64,000 nt of DNA from Okamejei kenojei (taxonomy: Eukaryota), in assembly GCA_035221665.1 (NCBI GenBank), contig CM069139.1, forward strand, positions 50,902,001 to 50,966,000. The letters run 5' to 3'. The translations under genes were made by a program, and so were the position numbers. The notes beneath the pieces were generated by a model that was not told the origin of the DNA, searched no databases, and saw only the letters and a program-made list of their open reading frames with translations. Within the stretch, counting starts at the first letter, position 1. Each line of letters begins with the position of its first letter. Below are positions 1 through 13,844 of this stretch, piece by piece.

Positions 1-3000
1 TTTTTAGATACCTCCGTTGTAGGGAAAGATTTCCTACCCGCTGCCCTATTGTATGCATCAATTGATTTTGCGTACCTTTATTAGGTCCCCAGTTAGATGT
101 CTCTGTTCTAAGGCTATCCAGTCTCTCCCCATAACAGAAATCAAGAATCTCTTCTGCACATCTTAACTGGTCCCAATAACTCATCAACTGAATGCTCTTG
201 TTGATAGCTTCTCCCCATGGCATACCTTGCCTTGCCCTATCCTTTTGTCCTATGCATCCCTCTCTTACCCTTTCCACAACTTAAAACCGCCTAGATTTTT
301 TGCCATTTCCATTTGCAGCAACTTTTATTTTCACAGACACTGCCTGATGTGCTAAGTGTTTCCCACAGCTTCTGTTTTATTATTAGTAAAGAAGCAAAAT
401 AGTACCTGTTTGCATCACTGTGAAATTTGTGATATTGTGAAACAATCTCCAGTGTAAATGAAGTGAGTCATTTGAAAGTGGTCAGAGCAATAACACACGA
501 AGCAGACTTATGACAGTGTGAAAGCAATAGAGGACGTTTTGTCAAACCTTTTTCACAGATCAACAGTTATATCTAGTGAATAAATAATCACTTTAGTTTT
601 TAATAATACATTTAAACAGCCATAATATAAAAATCTTCCTTCATATTCTACTGTTTTATTCCCCCACTGTAATATCCTCTTAATAATTCATCTAGTGATG
701 GAGCTGCAGGACCAACAAAGGAATTGGATTTTAGCATTTTACTCAAAATCTGGCAGTGCTTAGATATAGCATAGAAGTAATATCAAGGAACTCGCTAAAG
801 ACATGAACAATTTAATTTGTGCCCCAAACCTTGTTGAATTGATGGTTTGAATTTAAAGTTTTTGTATAGTATATATTTAAAATACCACTGAGATGTATAA
901 AACACTTTATATTAGTCTTTCATTAAATTAGGCAGGACCACAGATTGCAGTTTGATATCTTTCTTGTGCTGCAAATCTAGTCTGATCTAATTTCCCCTCC
1001 CCTCACAATATCTGTTTAATGTGCACATGAAAAAGACATGGTCATTTCCACTTTCACCGTGGAGCATTGGACTAATTATCAGAATTGAATTGTTGGTGAA
1101 ATGTCAGTGTCCTGTTTATTTTAAATGATTGATCCAATAAACTACTTCATTGCTTTAAGTAGTCTTACCAATATGAGAAAGATTTATAAATATAGAATGC
1201 CTTTTCTTGCCTTTAGGAATACTCATAACCAGGTGCCAGTTCTCTTAGCAAAGGACGATATTTTGTGCTGTATGCAATTACACACGCTTGACTAATTCTC
1301 CATTGCTTTACCTCATTTTGAATATGTAGAGTGCTTATGTTTGGAAACCAATGCATACGTAATCAGTCATTGGGAAGCAATGAGAATAAAATCAAGTCGA
1401 ACTCTATTTTTCCTCTTCCTCCACAGTTAAGATGAATTAATAGGAAGAAAAATAGAAAACTTGTCAGTGTTCATTATGTAACAGTAGAGTGCAATTTCTG
1501 TATAATCTTCCCAAGATATTCAGAGGGGCAGCTGCAGGGGCAATTTATATTTTAATTTTCCCTCTGAAAAATGTACTTATTTTGATGTTGTGCGTTTTTA
1601 AAACATATTTAACCCACATTACATGGTGCTCATATATTTAGTGAAAGGCTGACTGCAACTGGTTGAATAAGAGCAATCTACTTAAAATGTTGTTGACATT
1701 GAAAATCAATTTCATCAAATTGATGTATTAAGTTGTGTGGGATGTTCACTCTGAAATGGTTATGCCGTAATGCAACGTTTATATCTTTTATGGAGGTGCC
1801 TTTGTTTTAGAGAGTTGGAGTGCCACTAAATTGCTCACTACATTTTAGTTTTTAACTATTAAATACTGGTTAGCTAATTGTGAACATCAATGCCTCAGTT
1901 TTTCATTATTAAACTCAAGTTTAGCACAGATTCTAAATTTTTACAACCATTGAAGTATCTACCTATTATGTAGTTTTTTGAGTACTGACATTACAGTGAA
2001 TGATATTACATTAAATAACTACAATAGCATTCAAAAAGTTATACAAAAAAGATTACAGGTTGGTTGAATGGGACCAGAATTTGTTTTTGTATTTCTGTGA
2101 CGGAAAGTGACCCCTAAAACATTCTACATGCCAGCAATAGTGTAATTTCTGATGGAGATATGGGGGGAGAATACAGATCAAAGATAAATCTTAAACAAAT
2201 TTGGGGGGGGAAGGAAAAGAATTGGAGATACCATGACCTACTTAGATCCAATTAAGAATGAGTTCTATAGTTTAGCTATGATCCTCTGATACATTCAGCC
2301 CATATCCCACCAATCTTTTTATACAGTGATATCAGACTTCTCCAGGTACTTGTCCACTTTGAACATTTATGGCAATTCTCCCTCTACACGTATCAGTCAT
2401 TGTTTGAAGAATGAGCATTTTGTACTGTTTCATCCCTTCCCCTCCACCCAAGTGTTTAAATCTAAGACTTATAATTTCTTGGATGATGGCAGAAAAATTG
2501 CATATTGTTACAATGAGCAAGGGAGAATGTTTCTGGCATCTTACCTCGTGTCCAAATGCTTTCTGTTATTGAGGTAAAACGTGTAAATGAACTTTAAATT
2601 ATGTAATCTTGCTAACATTTACTAAGGATTACTGTTCCTTTAAGTAAATAGCTGCTTTGAATACCCAGGTATTGAAGAAGGAACAATTTGAGTTAAGAAC
2701 ATTCTGGGCAAGTGTGTGCAGTCTTAAAAATGAAACTGGACTAATGTATAACAAGTGAAATTGAATTAATAATTTGTCACGCGCACACATACTTCTAACA
2801 TGGTTTAATTTTTGAATTTAAATTGTTAGAGTCCAGCAAAAAAACATTTGACTACCCGCGTTCATCAAATTTTCATTTGGCATTTGTGACAACTTACCTG
2901 AAGCGTTAACAATGTTTGTGTGTCCTGTGGTTGACTTTCACAAGTTTCAAGCCTATAGTAGTCTTCCAACCAAAGTGGTTTGTCTTGGTTGGATGAGCCT

Positions 3001-3835
3001 GTTACGTTGTCAGATGGCTCAGTGCATTAATTAGAACAAAGGTGTTTGCCGGGATGCAAGGAGGAAAAATAATTATTATTTTGTTTGAAGAACCTTTCCA
3101 GTCTTCTAGATCATGGAATGTGTAATGGTCTTTGGCCCTGACTCTAATGCTGTCTCAGGGAAATCTTGAAATATTTTGAAGCGAAGAAGTATTGCTGAGG
3201 TATGTACACATGCCTGATCAAGGCTTGGCATAATACGATTTGATGCTAAGAGAGATCACATAATTTCAAATCAGTATTTTCAATAGTACTATGACGTACA
3301 GAGGAAGAATATGCAGAATTCTTCAAATGTATTGAGGTTACTGAAAATAACATTAATTTTGAATGCTTGTCTTCTGTGAAATGTTTGGATAAAGTTTTCA
3401 GCATTTTACTTGGGCTTGATTGCCACAGCGCTGCTTGAGCACGTCTTTCTAACACTTATGAGCTTGAGCTTGAGCTTTTGCAATTTCCTTTATTGATATT
3501 GGCTGCAAAATATATTTAGATTATAGTTAAGAGACAACGGTAAATGATTTGACTAAAGTAAGATCAATATAAACTGCTTGACTATGTAATTTCAAGCAAA
3601 AAATCTTTAAACAAGATGAGTCTAAAAATATGATGCAAAGCCAAATCATTTTGGAATAAAGTTTAAAAGTGACTTGTGGGAAGAAAATGTCTGAGACTTC
3701 AATTCTGCCAGAAGCATTTTATTAATTGGGGATAGAATATGATATATGTTTTAATATATGTGTGCTTTCTCTTTGAGCTGTAGTTTGCAGTAATTCTGAT
3801 TGGTTTATCCTTGCATGTCACTATCATGGTTGCAG

Positions 3836-3902
3836 CATGAAGCGTGCCAACTCTTTGAATGTACTTAACACAGGGGGCAAGGCTACTGAAGATCTTTTCC
3901 AA
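3836..3902 (+). CDS. KLC1: Kinesin light chain 1, C-terminal alternative exon (MKRANSLNVLNTGGKATEDLFQ)
   Basis: tgcag|C ATG AAG CGT...TTC CAA|gtaagc; 67 nt; resembles recalled human KLC1 MKRASSLNVLNVGGKAAEDRFQ; lies next to XRCC3 as in human. Confidence 0.9.
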
Positions 3903-4899
3903 GTAAGCCTTATGTGTTTTTTCACCACTTAATATCTCAGTGGCAGAGACTGAGCCAAAGAATTTTATAAAATGTTTCTCTTTTTTTAACTAGTCTTTTA
4001 TTGATGTCAACTAATTGCATTTGTATGTGTGCTTTTGAGAGGTTTTTTTTAACCATTTTCATGGAAATTATTTTTTTACACGAGAATTAAAATGTCTTTA
4101 TGTCACATTTAATTTCTGCTGGCATAATATAAGACACTGCTGCTCCCACCAAAGTTTTCCACTTGTTTAGTATCTTAACTCTATTACATGTTCTATAGAA
4201 TGCTGCAGTGATATAGAGCACCATATAAACTAATGGTGCATTAGTATTAACATATCTGTAATTCTTTCCAATGAAGAAATGTGTCAAACTTTTGCGACCA
4301 CTAAATTTAACAGCATGGCATGGATTTAAGCCTGAATGCTCTCAGTCTATATCAACTTCAGCATTCTGCATTATACAACTTTTTAAACTAACAATTGATA
4401 AAGTAGCCTTGATTAAGTGTTAAAATGTATACATTTTACTAATTGTTAGTTTACCTGTGGGATAATTTTAAAAAGTAAGAACTTTTATTAGCCAGAATAT
4501 ATTACCTTTGCTTGTGGTTTACTGCACGGATGCATACTGGTCCCCTCTAATCTTTGTGTATTAACATATGTATTATAATGGGCATGCATAGCAGAGCAAT
4601 TTCTAGCTTCCTACTAACTTTACTACTTGCTTTAGGGGTCTATTGCATCTCATTAAAAAGCTTACACAACTCAAGACAAAAAAAGCACTGTATCATGTAA
4701 TAATTGCTAAGGGATGTTTGGCTGTTGTTAGTTGAGAAACACAAATTATATGCACAGTTTTGTTAACAAAGTTACATATCCTGGAAGTGGCTCATTTTAA
4801 AAGAAATGGATCATTGTGGAGAATTAATTGATTGAAGCAAAGGATCTAATCAATACATTGGCTAGTTCGTGCTAGTCCAAAAAATAAAGGATTAGATGT

Positions 4900-5130
4900 A
4901 AAAACAAAAAACTGCAGATGCTGGTTTATAACAGAGATAGACACAAAGTGCTGGAGAAACTCAGTGGATCAGGTAGCATCTTTGGAGAAAAACGATGGGT
5001 GACATTTTGGGTTGGACCCTACCTCAGACTCTGAAGAAGATTCTTCAGTCTGAAGAAGGGTCCTGACCAGAAAATCCACCCATCCTTTTTCTTCAGAATG
5101 CTGCCTGACCCGCTGAGTTACTTTGTGTCT
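4900..5130. mobile_element. Inverted pair of Penelope-derived short repeats
   Basis: ctgcagatgctgg...ctcagact followed by agtctgaagaagggtc...ctgagttac in opposite orientation. Confidence 0.75.
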
Positions 5131-6309
5131 CAAATAGATATTTGGAATTGAACAATAAGATTATAGTTAGACTTCTCCGAGTTACCCATCACCCCAACCG
5201 CAATGGAACTTTTCAAGAATCATAGCTTTTTAAGTGACATATAAATAAATTAGATGAAAGCCAGGCCTTGATTTTGAAGACCCTTTGGCTTAAAAAAAAT
5301 GTGTTCAAAATATGTTGGCATATTTTACAATGCCCACCTTAGGGTGTTGTTATTTTTCACTGGGGTAGCTTTGGGCAACAATTCAACTCTCTAGTTTAGT
5401 AGCAGGCACAACACTGGTAGCAGGCTAAAAGTTTGCAAAGAGCAGAATTGGCTATCAGTATTTTAAAAGAAATCTCTTGCAAATTGTGGCCATAACCCAC
5501 ATTCTGATTGCGATTTTTAAAATGGTCAGTCACAGGATGTAGGTCAATGGCCTTCCAGATTATTAAAAATAAGAGCAGATGGATGTGGGTGTAACATTTT
5601 GGCATAGTTTTGTAATTGGTGGAGAGATTGGTTACAGTAAGTAGGGTTAAATGATTTATACTCTAGTTGGACGTAACAAGTTGTATTCCCGGCAAACATC
5701 TTTGGGAGCATGGTTTCGTCCAACCCACGTCCACTATAGACCTGATGTTTTTGAAGTAAGATATCTCAGCTATATGTGGCATTCATAATATGTGGATTCT
5801 GGGGTTCCAGTACCTATAAGGAGGAATGAGTGGAGCATGTTTGCAGGACAGTCAGGAAATCACAATAAAAGTCTTCAAATGTAATTAGGAGGGAAGCTTC
5901 ACAGGTTGAGTGGTGTGATCAGATCTATTAGGATTGTGGAGATTGGGATAATTACACCAGTATTTGGAAAGGAAGGAAAGATCACCTGAGGGTTTTGTAG
6001 TAGTGGGGACACTTTCCAGGCTCACAAGCCACAGAGAACCACTCGTTTTCTGCAGCTGCCTGCTTCCATCTCTGCTTGGATTCCCCAGTCGTAAGGAAAT
6101 GTGAATGAATTGTGTTAACTTGAAGTAAGAATTTCAAATGCATAGGGAATCTGATTTCTATGTACATTAAAAAGATATACTGTTTTATAGAGAAGTAGGC
6201 ACTGCAACTTTCTACTGTAAAAAATAGTAATATCTGTCATGGTGGGTTGGAGCACATTTTATGACTTTTGTCACACATTATTTGTCGGCTATTGAGACTC
6301 TGACATTAG

Positions 6310-6790
6310 CTTTTACTTTAGAGCATGGAAACTGCCCATCAAATCCACAGCAAGCATCAATCACCCTTTCACATTAGTTCTAGGTTATCTCATTTTCTCA
6401 TTCTACACACTAGGGGCAGTTTACAGTGGCCAATTAACCTACAAACCCGCTTGTCTTTGAAATGTAGGAGGAAACTGGAGCACTCAGAGAAAACCCGCAC
6501 GCTCACGGGGAGAACATGCAAACTCCGTACAAATAGTACCCTTAGTCAGGATCGAACCTGGATCTCTGGCACTCCAGAAGTTTGTCATAAGTTCATGTGA
6601 TTGGAGCAAAACTAGGCCATTTGGCCCATCAAGTCTACTCCACCATTCAATCATAGCTGATCTATCTCTCCTTCCTAACCCCATTGTCCTGCCATCTCCC
6701 CATAACCCCTGACACCCGTACTAATCAAGAATCTTATCTATCTCTGCCGTAAAAAATATACATTGACTTGGCCTCCGCAACCTTCTGTCG
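6310..6790 (-). mobile_element. tRNA-derived V-SINE (HE1-like) plus CR1 3' tail
   Basis: B-box-like GGTTCGATCC on - strand and central domain GGAGTTTGCATGTTCTCCCCGTG; related copies near 50255-50510 (+) and 60160-60430 (-). Confidence 0.7.
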
Positions 6791-7237
6791 CCTTGAATTA
6801 TTTCAAAAGAATTGTCTTTTGAATTCTAGCTGTATATCATCAAAAGTATAAAGTGATAAAAGACCAAAAGTTTCACAGTATAGTTGTCACTGGGAATAGA
6901 TTACTGACAAAAAGCCTATTCGAAAAGATGCACATTTTATAATGATGCCATCTACTAAATTAGGTGCTTATTTTAAGATGGATTTCTTTAAGTAGTATTC
7001 TGGAAAGACTGGTATGCTGGTATCAATGTGTTGAAATAATTTGTACAATTGAATGTGGTAATTCAGTTCCTGAATTATGATCCTGATTTTCTTTTCTCTT
7101 TGCCTAAAAGCTCTCAAGTGATGGATATTTAGTATACAAATAACATCTTTCAATAACCACATTTTTTTTACTCTTCTTGTGAAATTAATGCATCAGTACA
7201 GTTTCCATGGCTCTAAAGTTGGAACAAAAATAGAATA

Positions 7238-8353
7238 AGCCAGTTTGGTATTCCGACTGCGCATGCACAGGTCATGTATCGCTCGGGATAAACACTTCTG
7301 GTGGCCGTGCCGCTGCATGGGTGCAGACCTGCGTCATGTCCCCTAACCAGCCGCCTCTGGGCCGTCCCCGTCCCCTCCTGAGTGTCCCGTCCCGGGCCGC
7401 CGGGAGCCGAACAGGAGTGGCGGAGGCGGGCGCCTGCTCCAGCTCAGCTCTGCCTGTCCTGCAGGTGGTGTGGAAAAGAAGCACCAACTCCAGCTCAACC
7501 TCGCCCATCCCGTCGGTGGGACAGGCAGAGTCGAGCTGGGACCGGCGCCTCCCCTCCTTGCAAGCTGCGGGCCTGGGCTGACCTCTGGATAGAAGACCCT
7601 CCTTCAGACTTCCCACACATTAGACTTTTGTGCCGTGGTTGGGATGGATGGGAGCGGGGATTTCCACGGGCGCAAGGAACAATTGACCTAAAGTTTGTGT
7701 TGAGTGAACTGAGTGTTCTTAACATCCTCGTCATACACCGGCGTTTTGTGAGAGTGATTGGATCCCCTCTTCAGCTCAGCCAGTCGGTCACATTACCGGG
7801 ACAGGTGGCGGAGGATCAGGAGCTGATGTAAGGCATCGGCGATGCTCTGGAATCCTAGTCGGCCGCCGCCGAGCAGCGGGGTCAAGGAAGCAGCGCCCAA
7901 CCCGGGGAGCAGTTCTTCCAGCGAAGATGCACCAGCTACTCACCTGTCGGGCGCTGACTCCTCGATCCCGGGATCCAAACACTCTCACAAAACGCCGGTG
8001 TACGACGAGGATGGTAAGAACACTCAGTTCACTCAACGCAAACTTTAGGTCACTTGTTCCTTGCGCCCACGAAAATCTCCAGCACGGTCGAGATGAGGGG
8101 GTTCTGAAGTTGCATTCTCTCGATTGAGGACAGTTTCTCGACTCTCCTAGAAGCAATGAGCCATGGCCTTACCAGTGGTTGTCTCTCTCCCTCACCGTCT
8201 CTCTCCGTCTCCCACTCGCATCTGCCCCCCCCCCCCCTCGCTGTTACACCCCACTCTCCGCCGCTACCAGGCACCCTGTTCGCTTTTTTTATTCTCGAAT
8301 GACCTTTGCCAAATCCCATGATTCCTTGCGTTTTTCAGAATACCGAACTGGCT
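7238..8353. mobile_element. Non-autonomous TIR DNA transposon with an internal 108-bp inverted repeat
   Basis: TIR AGCCAGTTTGGTATTC / GAATACCGAACTGGCT, TA on both sides; GC-rich interior in an AT-rich intron. Confidence 0.75.
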
Positions 8354-9088
8354 TATTTTACAAAAGCTACCTAAATTGAAACTTTGAGGATTGTCTTCAT
8401 GGTTAGTTTGTTCATACCAACTTCTCTCGTTCCATTGACATCTCTTTAAAAAGAAGAAATGAACAATATTAAAGTTGATCACAATGTTTTGAAGCATTTG
8501 TTTTACAATATAAAATGTTATTCCACAGGTGACTAAGCAATTAGTATTTCTGGATTATTATTTGATTTAAAAAAATATGCATCGTTTTATCATTTTTTGG
8601 TGCCCTTTTAATTAAACGTTTCACAATATTGGTATAACTTTTAAACATTTGTGCCTCGTCTTCACCGTTGTTGCAGATATTTCTACTGGTGTTCAGAGAA
8701 TCATTTTCACTATATTCTGCATAAGCAATATTCAAAATTATGGTTACAATTGATATTAATCATTGACAATTCTATATCTCGTTTGAACAAATGTAATATT
8801 TTCACGCTTGAACAATTTTTTGCAGTCATGGTTGAAATGCTAAGAAATTCCATGTGATTTACAATCATTGATATATGCAGGTTTGAATAATATTTAAGAA
8901 AATCCTTGATGCTTTTAGCATTGAATGCTTTTCATGACAAAATCACTGATGCAAATATCTTTTTATGTTCCAAGCACTAATCTTTTGAGAATATTGACAT
9001 AATCAAAACATTACTGGGCATTAAATTTATTAATATTATTATGGTCTATACAAATTGGTGACTCTTTTTTCTTGCTTTTAAACTGCAG

Positions 9089-9178
9089 CAGCGAAATTAT
9101 TGTCTAACAGAATCCAGAACTTTGAGTGTCAGCCATGATGACCTGTTACATTGTGAATCACAAATTGGCACAAACTAG
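9089..9178 (+). CDS. KLC1: Kinesin light chain 1, terminal exon (QRNYCLTESRTLSVSHDDLLHCESQIGTN*)
   Basis: Polypyrimidine tract + cag acceptor, phase 0 matching the previous exon, TAG stop; resembles recalled human ERNNCLADSRALSASHTDLAH. Confidence 0.85.
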   Translation, partial: QRNYCLTESRTLSVSHDDLLHCESQIGTN

Positions 9179-11133
9179 ACTCTTCGGGTAAAAGAACAAG
9201 AAATCACTATTTCTACAATTCCTTATAGCTTTATGATATTAAAACCTTGGTTTATTATGCTGTATAAATACTTCAGATATTGTTTCCAAGCATAAAGTGT
9301 ATGTTCCAACTTAATGGGTTTTCAATATTTGATACAATATGTGAATTACTACAATGCCGATAATATCAAAGAGAATTTGTTTTAAAGAACTAAATAAAAT
9401 GCCACAGCTGAGCTGGTTTTGGATAATGTGGGTAGAAATTACTTTTGTTAGATTTGTACAGTTAAATTTATCTTTTTAAGTAGGATCTCCTGTCAACCAC
9501 TTTTACTGGCAACTTCTGGTAAAGACCCCCCCAATAAATGTTAACATTAGATGTGGCTTATTCATGCCTGATGCCTAATAATTATCTTCATTTAGTGAAT
9601 AACCTGGTGTATCAGGATGTCTAAAGATTGACAGATCAATAATAAACCATAAATATTGACAATACAAATATGTTGAGGTACTTGTACAATCCTCAGTACT
9701 CTGACTATACTACTAACTTGCACTATATTTCTTTCAAATTGGAAAAAAAATGCTGCTAATGTGTGTGGAGGTCACTTTCATTATAAAGTTTTTATAATAC
9801 CTCTCAGCAATTTGACATGGAAACTTTACAAAACAAATAACAAAATATACCAAATGGTGGCATAAAAATCTATCCTTTGCCCATAAGTACGTGATACAGT
9901 AAGGACTTTGGTTGTACAATGTTTCTTACATTGGTCCCATTTAAATTAGATTTCAAAACGAAGTACATGTGCAAACTTTTGTTCAGTACATGAAATTGAG
10001 GACTAATTTCTACCCTTTTGTGCCTGGCTGTGAAGTGAAATTTGAATTGGAAACTGCAAATTAGCTCTGAATGCTACATTGATTAAATTAGTAATTAGTA
10101 CAGAACTTGTTCTGTTTACTCTTCACTTTAAATGTTCTATTAAAAGAAAAAACCTGATATATATTTGAAACTACAGATACTGGGTATGCAAAAAAATTAG
10201 TGACCAGTGAAACCGCAAGAGCTGTTAAGATTTTATGAATATATATTTAGAAATTAGGCCCTTTATGGTTAACCATCTTTCATTGAGTCATTATCTTGCA
10301 CTTGGACGTATATTTACCCCAATTCCTTTGTAAATGATTTTGTTATATTTAGGTAGTACCTGGAGTACTTCTTGTTTGCTTTTATAGTGTTATTATCATT
10401 CTTGTATTTTATATTTGTACATTAAAAGAAATTGTTTGCACATTCAAAAATGACAAAATAGGATTACAAGTGAGAACTGAAATGTTAGTTTACAAAAAAG
10501 TAGAATGGTCAAAAGGTATGTAGATTCTTAATTCCATCAAAAGGTTTACATGTGGTTGTACATGCACTTGAGTTTTTTCATATTACAATGATACACTGAC
10601 TGCATCAGCTATTAATACATCGCTATAAAGTCCTCACTGTTTTGGTTACCATATTCTGAACAATTTAGCAGAAAAAATGGAAGAAACATTGAACAAGGCT
10701 ACTAAAATTACAACTGGCTGTAGCTGCATGAAAATACCACATTTACCCCTTTATCCTTGTATTCCAAGTTTTAGTCTCTAATTGAAGAAAGTGATGTAAT
10801 AACATTTGTTATCCATGCAAAAATGCTGTGATACTGTGTAATAAGATTTAGTATTAAAGGATAATTTTGAACAAGCTTTGTTGAAAAGTTTGCATACAAT
10901 AGAGATTTTTAGTTGTATATTGCACTTTCGTTGGGGCAAGTCTGTGTTGCCATGATGTTGCATTTAATGTTTTAATACATTTCACCTGCAATTGTAGTTG
11001 TTTAATGTGCTACATATCAGTGGGTGAGATTATTCAGTTAAGAAGATACTGTGTCATGGCGTTTGAGATATGTACATTGATATGTTGAATGTTACAATAT
11101 TTATGTTCAAAATATGAAATATTCTTGGTGAGA

Positions 11134-11171
11134 AATAAATGAATTCAATTTTAAAGAGTCCTTTAAATAAA
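11134..11171 (+). terminator. Candidate KLC1 polyadenylation signals
   Basis: AATAAA at 11134-11139 and 11166-11171 ending a ~2 kb AT-rich stretch without obvious repeats after the stop. Confidence 0.4.
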
Positions 11172-11919
11172 ATGCAAGTAGAAATTACCACTGTAAGAAA
11201 GCAGTTTTAAGTTGATAGCAGTTTATTTGAATTTTCCATTGTGCCAAATGTTATAAAATGTAAAGAAAAATTAGGTGGGAGGTGTTATAACTTTCCGTAT
11301 AACTTAAGGAAAGAGGGGTGGGGGAGGAGAGGAGAGAAAGAGGGCTGTGGGGGGGGGCAGAATGGAGAAAAAAAGTGTGGTGTGGGGGGGAGAGAAAAAG
11401 AGGGTGGGGGGAAGGGAGAAAGTGTGGTGTGGGGGTTGGAGAGAGAAAGGGAGGGTTGAGAGAAAGAGAGGTGGGGGGGAGGAAAGAGTGGAGGGGTGAG
11501 GGAAATGGGTGGGTGGAGGGGGAGGTATTTCCTGAATCACACAGCAATCTTTGTAATTTGGTGCATCAGTTTACCGTTTCTGTCAGGTCGGGGTACCAAG
11601 CTTTGTTGAATGAGGGTATAAAAGGGCATATAAGGAGCAGCATGGGGCACCAACTGGATGAAGCTACAATTCCAGAATGCACACATGCATGCCTTGGCAG
11701 AACTCAGCTGTATAATGCTGCCTCAGTTAATGAATACTGGTGGACAATAACAACCAAGATGCTGATCTGTGAATTTCCCTCTATTCATTAATAGAGCCCA
11801 CCACGGATATGGTGGAAAGCTCATGTATTTGCAATCGTGTTCAGCAGAAAGTGCTATATGCATAATCCATTTTAGCCTCTTGAAATCTTTACCAGCCTAG
11901 AGGCCAGCTAGGTTAAATC

Positions 11920-13555
11920 GATACACATGATTGTGTGCGGACGTGGCGTCGAAGGACGTGAAGCCGAAGCGAAGAAGTGGAAGCCAAATAACTGAAAGGA
12001 AACGACGCCGAAAAGCCAAATAACCGAAAGCGTACGACGCAACGTGAAAAAGCCAAATAATCGAACGGACGCAACGCCGAAAGGCCAAATAACCGAAAGG
12101 ACGGGATGCCTAAAAGCCAAATAACTGAAAGGACGGGATGCCTAAAAGCCAAATAACTGAAAGGACGGGATGCCTAAAAGCCAAATAACTGAAAGGGCGG
12201 GATGCCTAAAAGCCAACTAACCGAAAGGGCGCAAAGCCAAAAAGCTAACTCACCGAACTAATGCAACGCCGAAAAGCCAAATAACAGACATGACGTCGCC
12301 GGGGGGTGGGGCTTGTCAGCGATTGGTCCAGACCGCCGCGTCCATCACATCACTGGCCGGAGGAGATGGGAGGGTGGGGGTCATTTTCCCCTGCACAAGA
12401 CTGCCAGGGGCCGGAGGGTGACTGGGCGCCCAAAACCCGAGCACCAAGATGTAAGCAGCCGAAGGAGCGCATCCCTCGGGACAGCCCCCACTCTTCCCTC
12501 CCGGGGTCAGCGCTGTCCGGCCACGGCTGCCCTCCCCCGTGCGGCTGCACTGTGATGGGCTGTGGGTCAGCAGCACACACACACGGGGCCGGGTGGAGCA
12601 GAGTTGGGGACAGTCTGGTCCCTCCGCCCACCCAGTCACTGACTGCGATGCACCGCCACCGGACCCCGACCCACACACCAGGGTGTTTCAACCCCCCGAC
12701 GTTTCGGGTCAAGACCATTCTTCAGAGCTGAAGCAAATATGTTTGTTATTGCTGCCTTTGTGTTGGGGAAGGGAGAAAGTTGCAGTTGAATAATTTGCAA
12801 TTTCCATTTCATTCTTTTCCACTCTGGGCTGATCGATACCACGTCGCTTGGCTATCTTTCACTCGTGCTCATGAGATTGAGTTCAAGATGCTCTAATGCG
12901 GTCATTGTTCCGAGCGCCAAATCCCTTCAGCTGTACCTGCAACTGAAGCTATGGGTGGATTAGTAGACCTTGAAGAGCCATTGACACTATGTTTTTACGT
13001 AGAGGGGTAATGGAGGTAAGGTATGTGATTTGACAGTAATGTATCGTCTGCGTGGAGGAAAAAAAGTATGATTTATTTGACACCGCTGCGAAAATGGCAT
13101 TGATAAATGCGCAAAGTTCAAAAAACAAATGAACTGCAAATAAACGGAAAAAATACAGATTATCTGGTGTTTTGTGCGTGGGAGCTTGTGTACGTTACGC
13201 AGGCAACCAGACGGTATTTCTGTGTTTAAACAGTAAAAAAATGTGCTTCTTGATGTCGGGGGGGGGGGGGGGGGGGGGAGAGAGATAAAATTGATCGCTG
13301 TCATGCACACTTGTCATTGGCCCACCAGGGAATTTGTGATCCCCACCCCCTCCCCCCCACACATGTTTTAAAATAGATTTACTATGGCTGCCAGCTCCCC
13401 GGGCCGTCTGTCTGAAAGCCGGGTGAATTTCAGTTATTTGGCTTTTCGGCGTCATACGCTTTTGGTTATTTGGCTTTTCGGCAGCATTTCTGTTCAATCA
13501 TTTGGCTTCCACTTCTTCACTTCGGCTTCTCGTCCGGGTATCAAACATGGTACCC
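11920..13555. mobile_element. Foldback-like DNA transposon with TIRs built from 32-bp tandem units (possibly Mutator-like)
   Basis: Left array (AAAAGCCAAATAACTGAAAGGACGGGATGCCT)n ~11975-12290; inverted copy ~13425-13540. Confidence 0.7.
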
Positions 13556-13844
13556 AGAAGTGTCTTCACACTGGATCCAGCAAAGGCTATGGTACCTGGA
13601 AACTTTCAGGTGTTACTTAAGACTTGGGTGCAGAAGCACCTGTACTTATTCAAACGGATCCAATTTGCCCACAGCATGTTCATCCATCTGATAAATTGGA
13701 CTAGTCCACAGAAAAAAACAACAACATCCAGCCGATTGCTGCCATTTTAGTCTCAATCATTAGCAAAGTGAGGAAAACTCCACAGGTAGTAGTTAGAATC
13801 AAACCTAGCATAAAAGAAGGCAAGAGCCTCCAGGTACTGGAATA

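Noticed and set aside
1200-1440. Two good acceptors (ctttag at 1216, ccacag at 1426) as further KLC1 exons
   Set aside because: No recognisable peptide similarity and the upstream exon is outside the window; cannot be supported without transcripts
6535-6580. tRNA gene (B-box GGTTCGATCC on -)
   Set aside because: Continues into SINE body; no cloverleaf
7272-8379. Cluster of GC-rich ORFs as a gene
   Set aside because: Inside a TIR element; stop-poor because of GC content; no convincing domain
11241-11791. Overlapping ORFs on both strands
   Set aside because: Produced by a low-complexity G/A-rich tract; no domain or splice support
11975-12290. CRISPR-like regular 32-bp repeats
   Set aside because: Units are contiguous with no unique spacers, have an inverted partner at 13425-13540, and the context is eukaryotic
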